Assembly: GCF_044704955.1 (NCBI RefSeq)
Contig: NW_027251843.1
Span: 806,001 to 870,000, forward strand
Source: Pristiophorus japonicus
Lineage: Eukaryota
Direction of reading: 5' to 3'
Length of the DNA stretch: 64,000 nt
The number at the start of each line of letters is the position of its first letter. The first letter of the stretch is position 1. Positions 24,786 through 35,439 of the stretch are shown here, piece after piece. The notes beneath the pieces were generated by a model. That model made no database searches. It saw nothing but the letters and a program-made list of their open reading frames with translations, and had not been told where the DNA came from. The position numbers and the translations under genes were made by a program.

Positions 24786-25344
24786 AAGTGATGTAGGTTG
24801 AGTGATAAATATCGGCCTGAACTCGAGCCACAGAAACAGCAACTGAGAGTCTCCCCACAACCCTGGAGCACTGCAGCCGCCGGATTGCGAGCCCTGCTGC
24901 CCCTGTTTGTGATCAGAAGTTGGAGAGGAGGTGAGCGGGGGCTGGACAGATCAGAGTTGGAGCTGGGGGAGGCGGGATCTCGGGAGTGTCAGTGTGCTGA
25001 GGCTGAGCTCAGTTATATCAGAGACTGTGACAGGAGCACAGACTGCCCCCAGCGAGCTCACTCACTCACACCCACACTCTGCCCGTGTCTCACACATCGT
25101 GTCTGTCACACTGAGACAGGCAGGAGGCTCGGGAGCGATTTCCGGGGATGGTGCAGGGATGGGACCGCAGTGTGCCAACGTCCAGATCTCCTCCACACGG
25201 TGGGTAACAGTTCATTACTTATACTTTGCTGGGTGAAGGGGGAGTGTGGGTAAAGGAATACAGCCGGGCTCCCTGTCATACACAGCACTCTTCAATTAAC
25301 ACTTTCATTCACCGCAGCTCCCCACCATATTATATAACCCATAC

Positions 25345-25770
25345 ACAGGCACTGGAGAGGTTGCAGAGAAGGTTTACAAGGATGGGACCAGAAATGCGAG
25401 GGTGTACATATCAGGAAAGGATGAACAGGCTGGGGCTCTTTTCTCTTGAGGCTGAGGGGTGACCTGATCGAGGTCTTTAACATGAGGAAAGGATTTGATA
25501 GAGTGGATACAGAGAGAGTGTTTCCACTTGTGGGGAAGAACAGAACTAGAGGCCATCAATATAAGATAGTCAGCAAGAAATCCAATCGGGAATTCAGGAG
25601 AAAATTCTTTACCCAGCGAGTGGTGAGAATGTGGAACTGGCTACCACAGGGAGTGATTGAAGTGAATAGTATCGATGTATTTAAGGGGAGGCGAGACAGG
25701 GATATGAGGGAGAAGGGAATAGAGGGTTATGCTGATAGATTTAGATGAGGAAAGACGGGAGGATCGAGTG
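25345..25770 (+). mobile_element. CR1 LINE 3' fragment
   Basis: RLRGDLIEVF...FFTQRVVRMWNWLP peptide. Confidence 0.85.
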
Positions 25771-25869
25771 TAATCATTTGTAAACTAACACCTTCGCATA
25801 TTCAGCATTTGTGTCTCAGAAAGATTCAGTATTTAAAGATTTAATAACGGAGCATTGGGGTTTACTTAC

Positions 25870-25904
25870 TCAGTCTGAGCTTGGTTCCTTTACCGAACGT
25901 GAGC
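25870..25904 (-). CDS. IGKJ: Ig light-chain J segment (LTFGKGTKLRL), intact
   Basis: G CTC ACG TTC GGT AAA GGA ACC AAG CTC AGA CTG A|GTAAGT: FGxG motif, splice donor at 25869, phase 1 compatible with C. Confidence 0.95.
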
Positions 25905-25943
25905 CACAGTGACAGCTTCCAGTGCAGCGGCTGTACAATATCC
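25905..25943 (+). promoter_or_regulatory. 23-bp-spacer recombination signal sequence of J
   Basis: Heptamer CACAGTG 25905-25911, 23-nt spacer, nonamer ACAATATCC 25935-25943 (two mismatches to ACAAAAACC). Confidence 0.93.
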
Positions 25944-25959
25944 TCCGTCCCTGGCTCAC

Positions 25960-26245
25960 TCAGTCTCTCTCCCCCTCTCTCTGTCTGTGTGTGTGTGCCT
26001 GTGTCTTTCTCAGCGTTTCACTCTCCCTCACTTTTTCTCTCTCTTTCTCACTCTCTCTCTCTCATTCTGTTTCTCTCTCTGATTGCCTCTCACAATCTTT
26101 CCCCCTCTCCCTCTCTCACTCCCTCCCCCTCCACCTCCCTCCCTCACTCACTCCCCCTCACTCCATCCCTCACTCCCCCTCACTCCGTCCCTCAGTCACT
26201 CTCTTTCCCTGTCCCTCACTCACTCCCTCCCTCTCTCTCTGTGAC
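25960..26245. repeat. CT-rich low-complexity tract between J and V
   Basis: Directly visible. Confidence 0.85.
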
Positions 26246-26494
26246 GAGTTGCCTGTGGCAGTGCCTGGGAGAGTTGGGGATCTGACGTGTTTGGGACAAA
26301 TCTCCCAGCTGCCCTTCCCGCCCCATCAAATGGTAACCCTGGGGACACGGAATTGCTGGAGAATGAAATTCCCCGTCACACAGGGCTCACCTCTTTGTGC
26401 CCCTTGAACAACGAGCTCCGTCTACAAGCGAGATGTTTGTGTTGCTGACACAGGCCTTCCTCGGGATCATTATAAAATAACGAGTTTCAGGGGC

Positions 26495-26900
26495 TTTAGA
26501 AACCTGTTTCCTCAGTCCGTGAACCGTGTGTACGTGGAGTGTGAGAGGATGCAGCCCCTCTTCCACTATTTGAAGGGGCTGCTCCTCGATTTCTGGCTCC
26601 ACTTCAATCCCACGCTCCTGGGCCTGGTCACCCGGTGTAGGGGAATCAGGCAGGTCGGAGGGCCTCCCCGTGGGCCTGCTCCTGGATCAGTCCAAGGTGC
26701 CATCCACAGGTCCCAGTTGGACAGGGCCCATGGGGTGATTGCACTGTCTGCCTGTCTCCCTCCCTTCAGATGCTTTGTCCACATCCAACTGGCCGTGGGG
26801 ACAGAGCCTAGGGTAGGCCTGAAGCCTCTGCGACGGCTGGGCACCGCAGGGCCTGGAGTGTGGGGTGGGCAGGGAAAGAGCATGACCATTTCACTTGTTC
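26495..26900 (+). mobile_element. Tx1-clade LINE ORF2 C-terminal fragment in the V-J interval
   Basis: VYVECERMQPLFHYLKGLLLDFWLHFNPTLL resembles the Tx1 C-terminal region; related to 38042-38329. Confidence 0.65.
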
Positions 26901-27262
26901 ACTTTCCTTTCATGTTTATGCTTTGGGTTTTATAAGTTGTGGCCCTCTCAATAGTGGGGGGTTTGTGAAATTATTTGGATTGAGGACACAGGGACCACCC
27001 AGTGTCTCCGTGCTGTCTGAATGTACAGAGTAGAGCTGTGAGATTCTCAGTGATGAAGACACAGCTCCAACTCCTCTCTGACCCACTCCATCCTTTCCCA
27101 ATTCACTGCAGCTTCCAGCTGAATATTCCTGCCGTCACTCCCATCGAGCTGTGTGTCAGTCATATGTAAAACCGTACAAGAGGTGGGGCTGTGTGTCCAT
27201 TATTATATATTATATATAACTGTGGGGTGAGTCAGTACAGGAGGTGGGGCTGTGTATATTGA

Positions 27263-27290
27263 GGTTTTTGTACGGCTGTGTATCACAGTG
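27263..27290 (-). promoter_or_regulatory. 12-bp-spacer recombination signal sequence of V
   Basis: Minus strand CACTGTG-ATACACAGCCGT-ACAAAAACC: perfect nonamer, heptamer variant at position 4. V-12/J-23 is the kappa-type arrangement. Confidence 0.95.
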
Positions 27291-27589
27291 TAGAGGGTAG
27301 CTGTTATGTTGCTGACAGTAATAGACTGCGACATCCTCGCTCTGCACGTTGCTGATGCTCAGGGTGAACGTGTTGGACTGGTAACTGCCGGTGAAGCGAT
27401 TGGAGGTTCCAGTGAAACGAGATGTTGCTGCATAGATCAGCAGAGAGGGTTTCTGCATGGCTTTCTGCTGGTACCAAGCAAGGGCAGCACCAATGTATGC
27501 ACTGGCAGTACAGGTGATCTTTGCAGTCTGTCACTCACTCACTGACAGCACCGGGGGAGACTGGGTCATGATGATGTCCCCACTGATAC
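27291..27589 (-). pseudogene. IGKV: Ig kappa-type V exon with an in-frame stop in FR1
   Basis: Acceptor CAG at 27592-27590, then (G)[101 protein letters not shown] at 27533-27531. Both Cys and the Trp are conserved. Confidence 0.93.
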
Positions 27590-27769
27590 CTGAAATGGGG
27601 AAAAAAAGTGAAGTAAGCACTGTCATAGAAAGATGCTGTAAAATGAGAGACTGCTCAAGACACTGAGCTCTCCTCTAGTGTCAGCATTTGCCCTTCAATC
27701 ACTGGTCAGTAGAGTTGGAAAGAATCGACAGCAGGGAGATATTAAACGTGGAAGGAGAGAGATTGGTAC

Positions 27770-27818
27770 CTGCGACGCAGAATGCCAGAGGCCAGATCAG
27801 CTGGATGGGTGAAATCAT
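27770..27818 (-). CDS. Leader exon of the V gene (MISPIQLIWPLAFCVA)
   Basis: ATG at 27818, 49-nt exon, GT donor at 27769, phase matches the V exon. Confidence 0.9.
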
Positions 27819-27877
27819 GGTCTCTGCTCCTGGCCTTGTGCCTGCTTACTGATAAACTGCCCTTCACTGGGCTCTGC

Positions 27878-27924
27878 TTTATAAACCTGCAGCCTGTGAG
27901 AGCCTCACTGCCCATTATGTAAAT
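27878..27924 (-). promoter_or_regulatory. V promoter: TATA box and variant octamer
   Basis: TATAAA at about 27883-27878; ATTTACAT at 27924-27917 (one mismatch to the light-chain octamer ATTTGCAT). Confidence 0.7.
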
Positions 27925-28579
27925 GTCTTCACCCAGAGAAAGCAACGTCAGCACATTTCACTTCCTCCTCTTCTCTCCCTCCCGCAGTCCCTCTCCCTGT
28001 CTGTCTGTCTGTCTGTCTCAGCCTTCATCGCCCTCTGTCTCACAGCTTCCCTCTACACCTCTCTGACTCTGATTCACAGCCTCTCTCTCGCTCCCTGTCC
28101 CTCCCCCATAGACTCCCAGGTGCAGCACACTGAACTGCAGAGTAAACCTCCCTGTGCCCTGCCCCACCAATTAACCCTTGACCCCAGACCATGCCTTCTC
28201 CTGGAGTCAGGGCCTATTCCCCACAGTGGCCATCCATTGGCCTCTCTCAGTACACTGGCTGCTTATTTCCCAATTAAGAGCCGCTCTGTGCTGTGGGCCT
28301 CTTCTCAGTGGGGACCGGTTTGGACAGAAAGCACATTTCATGAAGGCCCAGCAGAGCGAGGAGATCCTCACCCCATCAGTGTGAGCTGGAGCGATTGGAC
28401 AAGGTCTGACCCACTGTCCGCTCAGAACTTCTTCGAATCCCTTCCCCTCTGCTTCTCCTTCCATGGCTCCGCTCCGGGTCAGAGTGTTTTTACTGGGATC
28501 AGGTGCCAACGATCCCACATTTACAACAGGAAGGGTCCGCACTCAACATCGACCATGGACTCCATGTCCCACTGGTCCT

Positions 28580-28791
28580 CCAATAGGGACCAGGAAAAAC
28601 GGCTCCTTCCAATTGGTCCCCCAATAGGGACCAGGAAACATGGATCCTTCCTATTGGTTCCCCAATATGGACCAAGAAACATGGCTCCTTCCTGCATTGG
28701 CCTTCCTGTAGGGACCACGAAACATGCCCCTTCCTATTGGTCCCCCAATAGGGACCAGGAAACATGGCTCCTTCCTATTGGTCCTCCAATA
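28580..28791. repeat. ~41-bp tandem repeat (about 5 copies) with inverted CCAAT/ATTGG ends
   Basis: CCAATAGGGACCAGGAAACATGGCTCCTTCCTATTGGTCCC units; about 3 inverted copies at 57715-57840. Confidence 0.8.
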
Positions 28792-29428
28792 GTGTGAGGT
28801 GGAGCATTGCAGTGAGGAAGATCGGGAAGAGAGCTTGCGCGATGACACAGCCTTGCTTGATCCAGGTCCGGACGTGGATTGGGTCTATGATGGATCCATT
28901 GGTCAGGATCACGGCCTGCATGTCATCGTGGAGCAGACCGAGAATGGTGACAAACTTTTGGGGGCAGCCGAAACGGAGGACGACGCTCCACAGACCCTTG
29001 TGGTTAACAGTGTCAGAGGCCATTGTAAGGTGAAAGGCGGCCATGGACAAGGTTGGTGCTGTTCCCTGCTTTTCTCTTGCAGTTGTCGCGCCGTAAATAT
29101 CATGTCCGTTGTACCCCGTAGTGGACGGAATCCGCATTGTGACTCCGACAGGAGCTCCTCAACCACAGGGAGAAGATGGTTGAGGAGGATTCTAGCGATG
29201 ACTTTCCCAGTGGCTGATAACAGGGAGATTCCTCTGCGGTTGCCGCAGTCGGACTTGTCCCCTTTTTCAAAGATGGATCAGGATTACTGCATCTCGGATA
29301 TCTCCCGGCATGCTCTCCTCCCTCCAGATGAGAAAGGTGAGGTTATGCATTCGTGCCAATAGTGCCTCTCTACCATACTTTAATGCCTCAGCAGCGATCC
29401 CAATGCATTGTTGTTCTTGAGCTGACAA
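28792..29428 (-). mobile_element. RTE-clade LINE RT fragment
   Basis: ELLSESQCGFRPLRGTTDMIFTARQLQEK...RFGCPQKFVTIL...KQGCVIA peptides. Confidence 0.85.
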
Positions 29429-29885
29429 ATGACATATGAGGGGAGACTGGATCAACTGGGACTTTATACACTGGAGTTTAGAAGGATGAGAGGGGATCTC
29501 ATAAAAACATATAAGATTCTGACGGGACGGGACAGGTTAGATGCGGGAAGAATGTTCCCAATGTTAGGGAAGTCCAGAACCAGGGGACACAGTCTTAGGA
29601 TACGGGGTAGGCCATTTAGGACAGAGATGAGGAGAAACTTCTTCACTCAGAGAGTTGTTAACCTGTCGAATTCCCTGCTGCAGAGAGTTGTTGATACCAG
29701 TTCATTCGATATATTCAAGAGGGTGTTAGATATGGCCCTTACGGCTAAAGGGATCAATGGATATGGAGAGAAAGCAGGAAAGGGGTACTGAGGTGAATGA
29801 TCAGCCATGATCTTATTGAATGGTGGTGCAGGCTCAAAGGGCTGAATTGCCTACTCCTGCACCTATTTTCAATGTTTCTATGTTT
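29429..29885 (+). mobile_element. CR1 LINE 3' end
   Basis: ORF 29429-29791 plus the typical 3' UTR. Confidence 0.9.
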
Positions 29886-30361
29886 CAACCTTGTGCAGGG
29901 CTGGGGTTTTACTGAGAAGGTCGCGGGTAGCATGCTGCGAATGGAGCCGAGGACACTCGTGTCTAAGGCTGAGTCTCAATCAAGTGGGCCCTGACTGCCT
30001 CGGTGTCCTTGGTGAGTGTCTCCCTGTTCTTGGCCAGCAGTGGGGTGGGGCCTTGGATCATTGGTGGACTTGACTGCGGTGAAAGTATTTTACCTACCCC
30101 TAAAGCCCTAAATTCCCGTGTGCAAGGTCCCACTGCCCATCCCCCATACTTAGCCTACCTTCCAGGTCGACCTGCTTGCTGCCATGTCCATCTAGCTGGA
30201 CCCTCGCTTCTCACTCCCCATTGGCCAACTCAGCTTCTCCGACCAATCCCCGGTGATCTCAACGGCTGTGAGCCTCAACCCCCTCCATCCACAGGTTTGG
30301 GCCCGAACTTCACGCCACGCCCTCACGTACAGGCCTCCTCCCGGTGACGTTCGTGCCTACC

Positions 30362-30647
30362 NNNNNNNNNNNNNNNNNNNNNNNNNNNNNNNNNNNNNNN
30401 NNNNNNNNNNNNNNNNNNNNNNNNNNNNNNNNNNNNNNNNNNNNNNNNNNNNNNNNNNNNNNNNNNNNNNNNNNNNNNNNNNNNNNNNNNNNNNNNNNNN
30501 NNNNNNNNNNNNNNNNNNNNNNNNNNNNNNNNNNNNNNNNNNNNNNNNNNNNNNNNNNNNNNNNNNNNNNNNNNNNNNNNNNNNNNNNNNNNNNNNNNNN
30601 NNNNNNNNNNNNNNNNNNNNNNNNNNNNNNNNNNNNNNNNNNNNNNN
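30362..30647. other. Assembly gap (N run)
   Basis: 286 N characters. Confidence 1.
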
Positions 30648-31210
30648 CCTCCCCCCCGCTCTCTCTCCCACCACCCCTCTCTCTCCCTCTCTCCCACCGC
30701 CCCTCCCTCTCCCTCCCCCCTCTCTCTCCCCCTCCTCTCTCCTTCTCTCCCACCCCCCCTCCCTCCTCCTCCCCCCTCCCTCTCCCTCCCCCCTCTCTCT
30801 CCCCCCTCTCTCTCCCCCTCCTCTCTCCCTTTCTCCCACACCCCCTCTCTCTCCCCCCTCTCCCCCCCTCTCTCTCTCACCCCCCTCTCTCTCTCCCCCT
30901 CCTCTCCCTCCCGACCCCCTCTCTCTCCCCCCCTTCTCTCTCCCCCCCTTCTCTCTCCCCCTTCTCTCTCTCCCCCCTTCTCTCTCCCCCCGTCTTTCTC
31001 TCTCCCCCCCTCTTCTCTCCTCCCACTCCCTCTCTCCCCCCTCTCCCCTTCCCCTCCCCCCCTCTCTCCACCCCCTCCACTCCCTCCCTTCCCTCCCTCC
31101 CCCCTCTCTCTCCCCCTCCCCTCTCTCCCCCCCTCCCCCCTCACTCCCCCTACTCTCTTCCCCCCTCCCCCCTCACTCCTCCTCCTCTCTCCCCCCCGTC
31201 CCCCCGCTCA
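30648..31210. repeat. Polypyrimidine (C/T) low-complexity tract
   Basis: Directly visible; abuts the gap. Confidence 0.95.
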
Positions 31211-31227
31211 CTCATGTATTTGCCCCA

Positions 31228-31428
31228 GACCTCACTGACTTGCTGCCCCTGACCTCACTGCCCTACTGCCCCTGACCTCACTGACCTACTGCCGCTGACC
31301 TCACTGACCTACTGCCCATGACCTCACTGACCTACTGCCCCTGACCTCACTGACCTACTGCCCATGACCTCACTGACCTACTGCCCCTGACCTCACTGAC
31401 CTACTGCCCATGACCTCACTGACCTACT
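31228..31428. repeat. 23-bp minisatellite (GACCTCACTGACCTACTGCCCCT, about 9 copies)
   Basis: Directly visible; a single inverted copy lies at about 57691-57716. Confidence 0.9.
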
Positions 31429-32095
31429 CATCATCATCTTCGGTGATCCCTCTAACGAGGATGACTTGCTTCCAAATGAGTTCAGAGATGTCTCAATGAA
31501 GAACCCGATATTCTAGACCTGAACGCCAATTGAGGGGGTGGAAAATGTGGTGTGTAGATTTTTTTTAACATGTGGTGACTGTTGCACATCAGCCACCACA
31601 CGGGCTTGAAAGAGCTAGGCCTTTATCCAGTGGCAAGGGTAAACCAGGACGACTGGAGACCTGCTCTGCTGCACGGACCTAGTGCGCATACATATCACAG
31701 TGTGGGCTGGCCCGTGCTGCCCCTGGGCCCTCGGCTCTTTTGGGCTCCGAACCCTCATTAGTCACACCTCTGCCACGATCTCTCGCCGCTCCTCTGCACT
31801 AAACATTCGCCTGACCTCTGCCACAATCTCCCGCTGCACCTCCGCACTAAACATTTGCCGGAACTCTGCCACGATCACACACCGAATCAGCCACGATCCC
31901 TCATCGCTCCTCCACCTCGATCACTCACCACACCTCCGCCGCGACCTTCCAGCTTCTCTGCTTTACCTGGGCCCAGCTGATGCTCCTGCCTACACTCCAA
32001 ATGGCGACCTGGGTCCTGATGACATCACCCAATCGCCCACCTCGAAGCCGTTGCTCACGTGGAGCAGCTCGCGCTGGAAGTTGTTGTGGTATGAC
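31428..32095 (-). mobile_element. Dispersed retroposon with (CAT)n tail, probably RTE-related; second copy at 52520-52990
   Basis: Shared CATCATCAT...GAGGATGACTTGCTTCCA...GTGGGCTGGCCCGTGCTG block in both places. Confidence 0.6.
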
Positions 32096-32099
32096 TTGT

Positions 32100-34563
32100 A
32101 ATGGGTGATTTTAACCTCCATATTGATGGGACAAATCAAAATTGGTCAGGGTAGCATTGAAGAAGAGTTCATAGAGTGCATAAGGGATGGGTTCCTTGAG
32201 CAGTATGTAACAGAACCAACCAGGGGACAGGCTATCTTAGATCTGGTCCTGTGTAATGAGACAGGATTAATAAACAATCTCCCAGTCAACGATCCCCTTG
32301 CAATGAGTGATCATAGCATGGTTGAATTTCAAATTCAGATGGAGGGTGAGAAAGCGTACTAAGCTTAAATAAAGGAGACTACAAAGTATGAGGGCAGAGT
32401 TGGCTAAAGTGGACTGGGAAAATAGATTAAAATGTAGGACGGTTAATGAACAGTGGCATATATTTAAGGAGATATTTAATAACTCTCAAGAAAAATATAT
32501 TCCAGTGAGGAGAAAAGGGTGTAAAAGAAAAGATAGCCATCCATGGCTAACTAAAAAAATAAAGGAGAGTATCCAATTTTTTTAAAAAAGGGCATACAAT
32601 GTGGCCAAAACTAGTGGGAGGGCAGAAGATTGGGAAGTTTTTAAAATCCAGCAAAGAATGACTAAAAAAATGATTAAGAAAGGGAAGATGAAAGTAAACT
32701 AGCACAAAATATAAAAACAGATAGCAAGAGTTTCTACAGGTACACTAAAAGAAAAGAGTGGCTAAAGTCAATGTTGGTCCCTTCGAGGTCGAGACCGGAG
32801 AATTAGTGATGGGGAACAGAGAGATGACAGAAACTCTGAACAAATATTTTGAAGCAGTCTTTACGGTAGAAGACACTAAAAATATCCCAACAGTGCATAG
32901 TCAGGGGTTTATAGTGTGGGGAGGAACTTAACACAATCACAATCACTAAGGAGGTGGTACTCAGTAAGATAATGGGACTAAAGGCGGATAAATCCACTGG
33001 ACCTGATGGCTTACATCCTGGGGTCTTAAGAGAAGTAACGACAGGGATAGTGGATGCATTGATTGTAATTTACCAAAATTCCCTGGATTCTGGGGAGATC
33101 CCAGCAGATTGGAAAACTGTAAAGTAATGCCCTATTAAAAAAAGGATGCAGACAAAAAGCAGAAAATTATAGATCAGTTAGCCTAATATCTGTGGTTGGG
33201 AAAATGTTGCAGTTCATTATTAAAGAAACAGTAGCAGGCCATTTGGAAAAACATAATTCAGTCAGGTAGAGTCAGAATGGATTTATGAAGGGGAAGTCAT
33301 GTTTGACAAATTTGTTGGAATTCTTTGAGGATTTAACGAGCAGGGTGGATAAAGGGGAACCAGTGGATGTGTTGTATTTGGTTTTCCAGAAGGCACTCGA
33401 TAAGGTGCCACATAAAAGGCACAAGATAGAAGTTAATGAGATTGAGGGAAATATATCAGCTTGGAGAGAGGATTGGCTAATTAACAGAAATCAGAGTCAG
33501 GGAAAATGGTTCATTCTTGGGTTGGCAATCAGTAACTAGTGGGGTGCTACAGGGATCAGTGCTGCGACCCCAATTATTTACAATCTATATTAACAACTTG
33601 GAAGATGGGACCGAGTGTAATGTAGCCAAGTTTGCTGATGCTACAGAGATGGGAGTAAAAACAAGGTATGAGGAGAACACAAAAATGCTGCAAAAGGACA
33701 TAGACAGGCTAAGTGAGTGGGCAAACATTTGGCAGATTGAGTATAATGTTGGAAAGTGTGAGGTTATACACTTTGGCAGAAAAAAATCGAAGAGCAAGTT
33801 ATAATTTATGTGGAGAAAAATAACAAAGTGTTGCAGTACAGTGGGACCTGGGGGTCCTGGTACATGAAACACAAAAGGTTAGTGTGCAGGTATAGCAAGT
33901 GATCAGGAAGGCCAATGGAATCTTGGCCTTTATTGCAAAGGGGATGGAGTATAAAAGCAGGGAAGTGTTTGCTACAGTTATACAGAGTATTGGTGAGGCC
34001 ACAACTGGAACACTGCATAAAGTTTTGGTTTCCATATTTAAGAAAGGACATACTTGCTTTGGAGGCAATTCAGAGAAGGTTCACTAGGTCGATTCCAGGG
34101 ATAAGGGGATTGATTTATGAGGAAAGGTTGAGTAGGTTGGGCCTCTACTCATTGGAAATCAGAAGAATGAGAGGTGATCTTATCAAAACATATAAGATTA
34201 TGAGGGGGTTTGACAAGGTGGATACAGAGAGGATGTTATTAATGATAGGGGAGACTAGAACGAGAGGGCATAATCTTAGAATAAGGGGCCGCCCATTTAA
34301 AACTGAGATGAGGTGGAATTTTTTCTCTCAGAGGGTTATAAATTTGTGGAATTCGTTGCCTCAGAGAGCTGTGGAAGCTGGGTCATTGAATAAATTTAAG
34401 ACAGAAATAGACAGTTTCTTAACCGATAAGGGAATAAGGGGTAATGGGGAGCGGGCAGGGAAGTGAAATTGAGTCCATTATCGGATCAGCCATGATCATA
34501 TTAAATGGCGGAGCAGGCTCGAGGGGCCGTATGGCCTACTCCTGCTCTTATTCCTTATGTTCT
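32100..34563 (+). mobile_element. Decayed CR1 LINE (endonuclease C-terminus to 3' UTR)
   Basis: ILDLVLCN, SDHSMVEF, RT fragments, ORF 33915-34466. Confidence 0.9.
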
Positions 34564-35439
34564 AATCCCTCCCCCTCTCCAGCTCTCTCTCCTTCATCAA
34601 ACACCATCCTTTCACCCAGGCCTTCAATCATCCTTCCTAAAGCCCCCTGAAGCCCCACTCTCCCCGCTCTGACAGCAGCGATGTGAAGTGTCTTGAGACC
34701 TTTGGCATGTTAAAGGCCTCAGATCAATGCAGGCTGTGTGTGGGTTTTCAGGTGAGGACAGTGCTGGACACAGTGGTGAGGCCTCCTGCAGTCGGATATC
34801 GTGCTGAGAGGGTCCAGGCTTACACATGTGGAATGGGGAAGTGGATGAGGTCGGAACTTGCTGTCGGGGCCCATGGAACTGGACCCCAGCATGAAGCCTT
34901 CCTCCGGAGAGGAGGGGGAATGTTCAGAGCCCTGAGCTCCATTTTCCACAGCAGCCATTTCCTGTCCCAGTGAATGAATGAGATGCCAATGTTGTGCCCA
35001 GGCTAGGGGCAGTCTAATGCTGATGGAATTGGATATATACTTGAAAAGGAACAATTTGCTGGGTTACGGGGAAAGAGAGGGGGGGTGGGACTAATTGGGT
35101 AATTCTTTCAAACAGCCGGCACAGGCACGATGGGCCGAATGGCCTCCTTCTGTGCTGTAAGATTCGAGGCTGTGAGCGCGGTTCACAGTTTTCTCCCGTG
35201 CCATTAACAAACGTACAGCTGTGACAACCTCCCTCTTTCACTTCTTCTGTGGGTGAAGTTTCATTCTTCCGATCTGACAGTCTCTTCAGTTATTTTTTGC
35301 ACGGGGGATTTCTGCTGTGGTCTGAGTCTCTAATAATAACCATCCAATCAGGCAGAATAACAGCAGCTCAGACCGGCTCGGACAGCGGACCCAGGCTCAG
35401 TGCTGACCCTGCAACGTCCTCCTCACCAACATCTGGGGA

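Noticed and set aside
27284-27320. Reverse RSS using the plus-strand CACAGTG
   Set aside because: No nonamer-like sequence at 12- or 23-nt spacing in that direction.
25870-27589. Germline-joined VJ, as known for some shark light-chain clusters
   Set aside because: V and J are separate and each keeps its RSS.
28120-28797. 225-aa ORF upstream of V
   Set aside because: No recognisable domain, partly tandem repeat, and the frame is not preserved in the inverted paralog.
30253-31275. Long Pro-, Gly- or Arg-rich ORFs
   Set aside because: Artefacts of the N gap and the C/T low-complexity tract.
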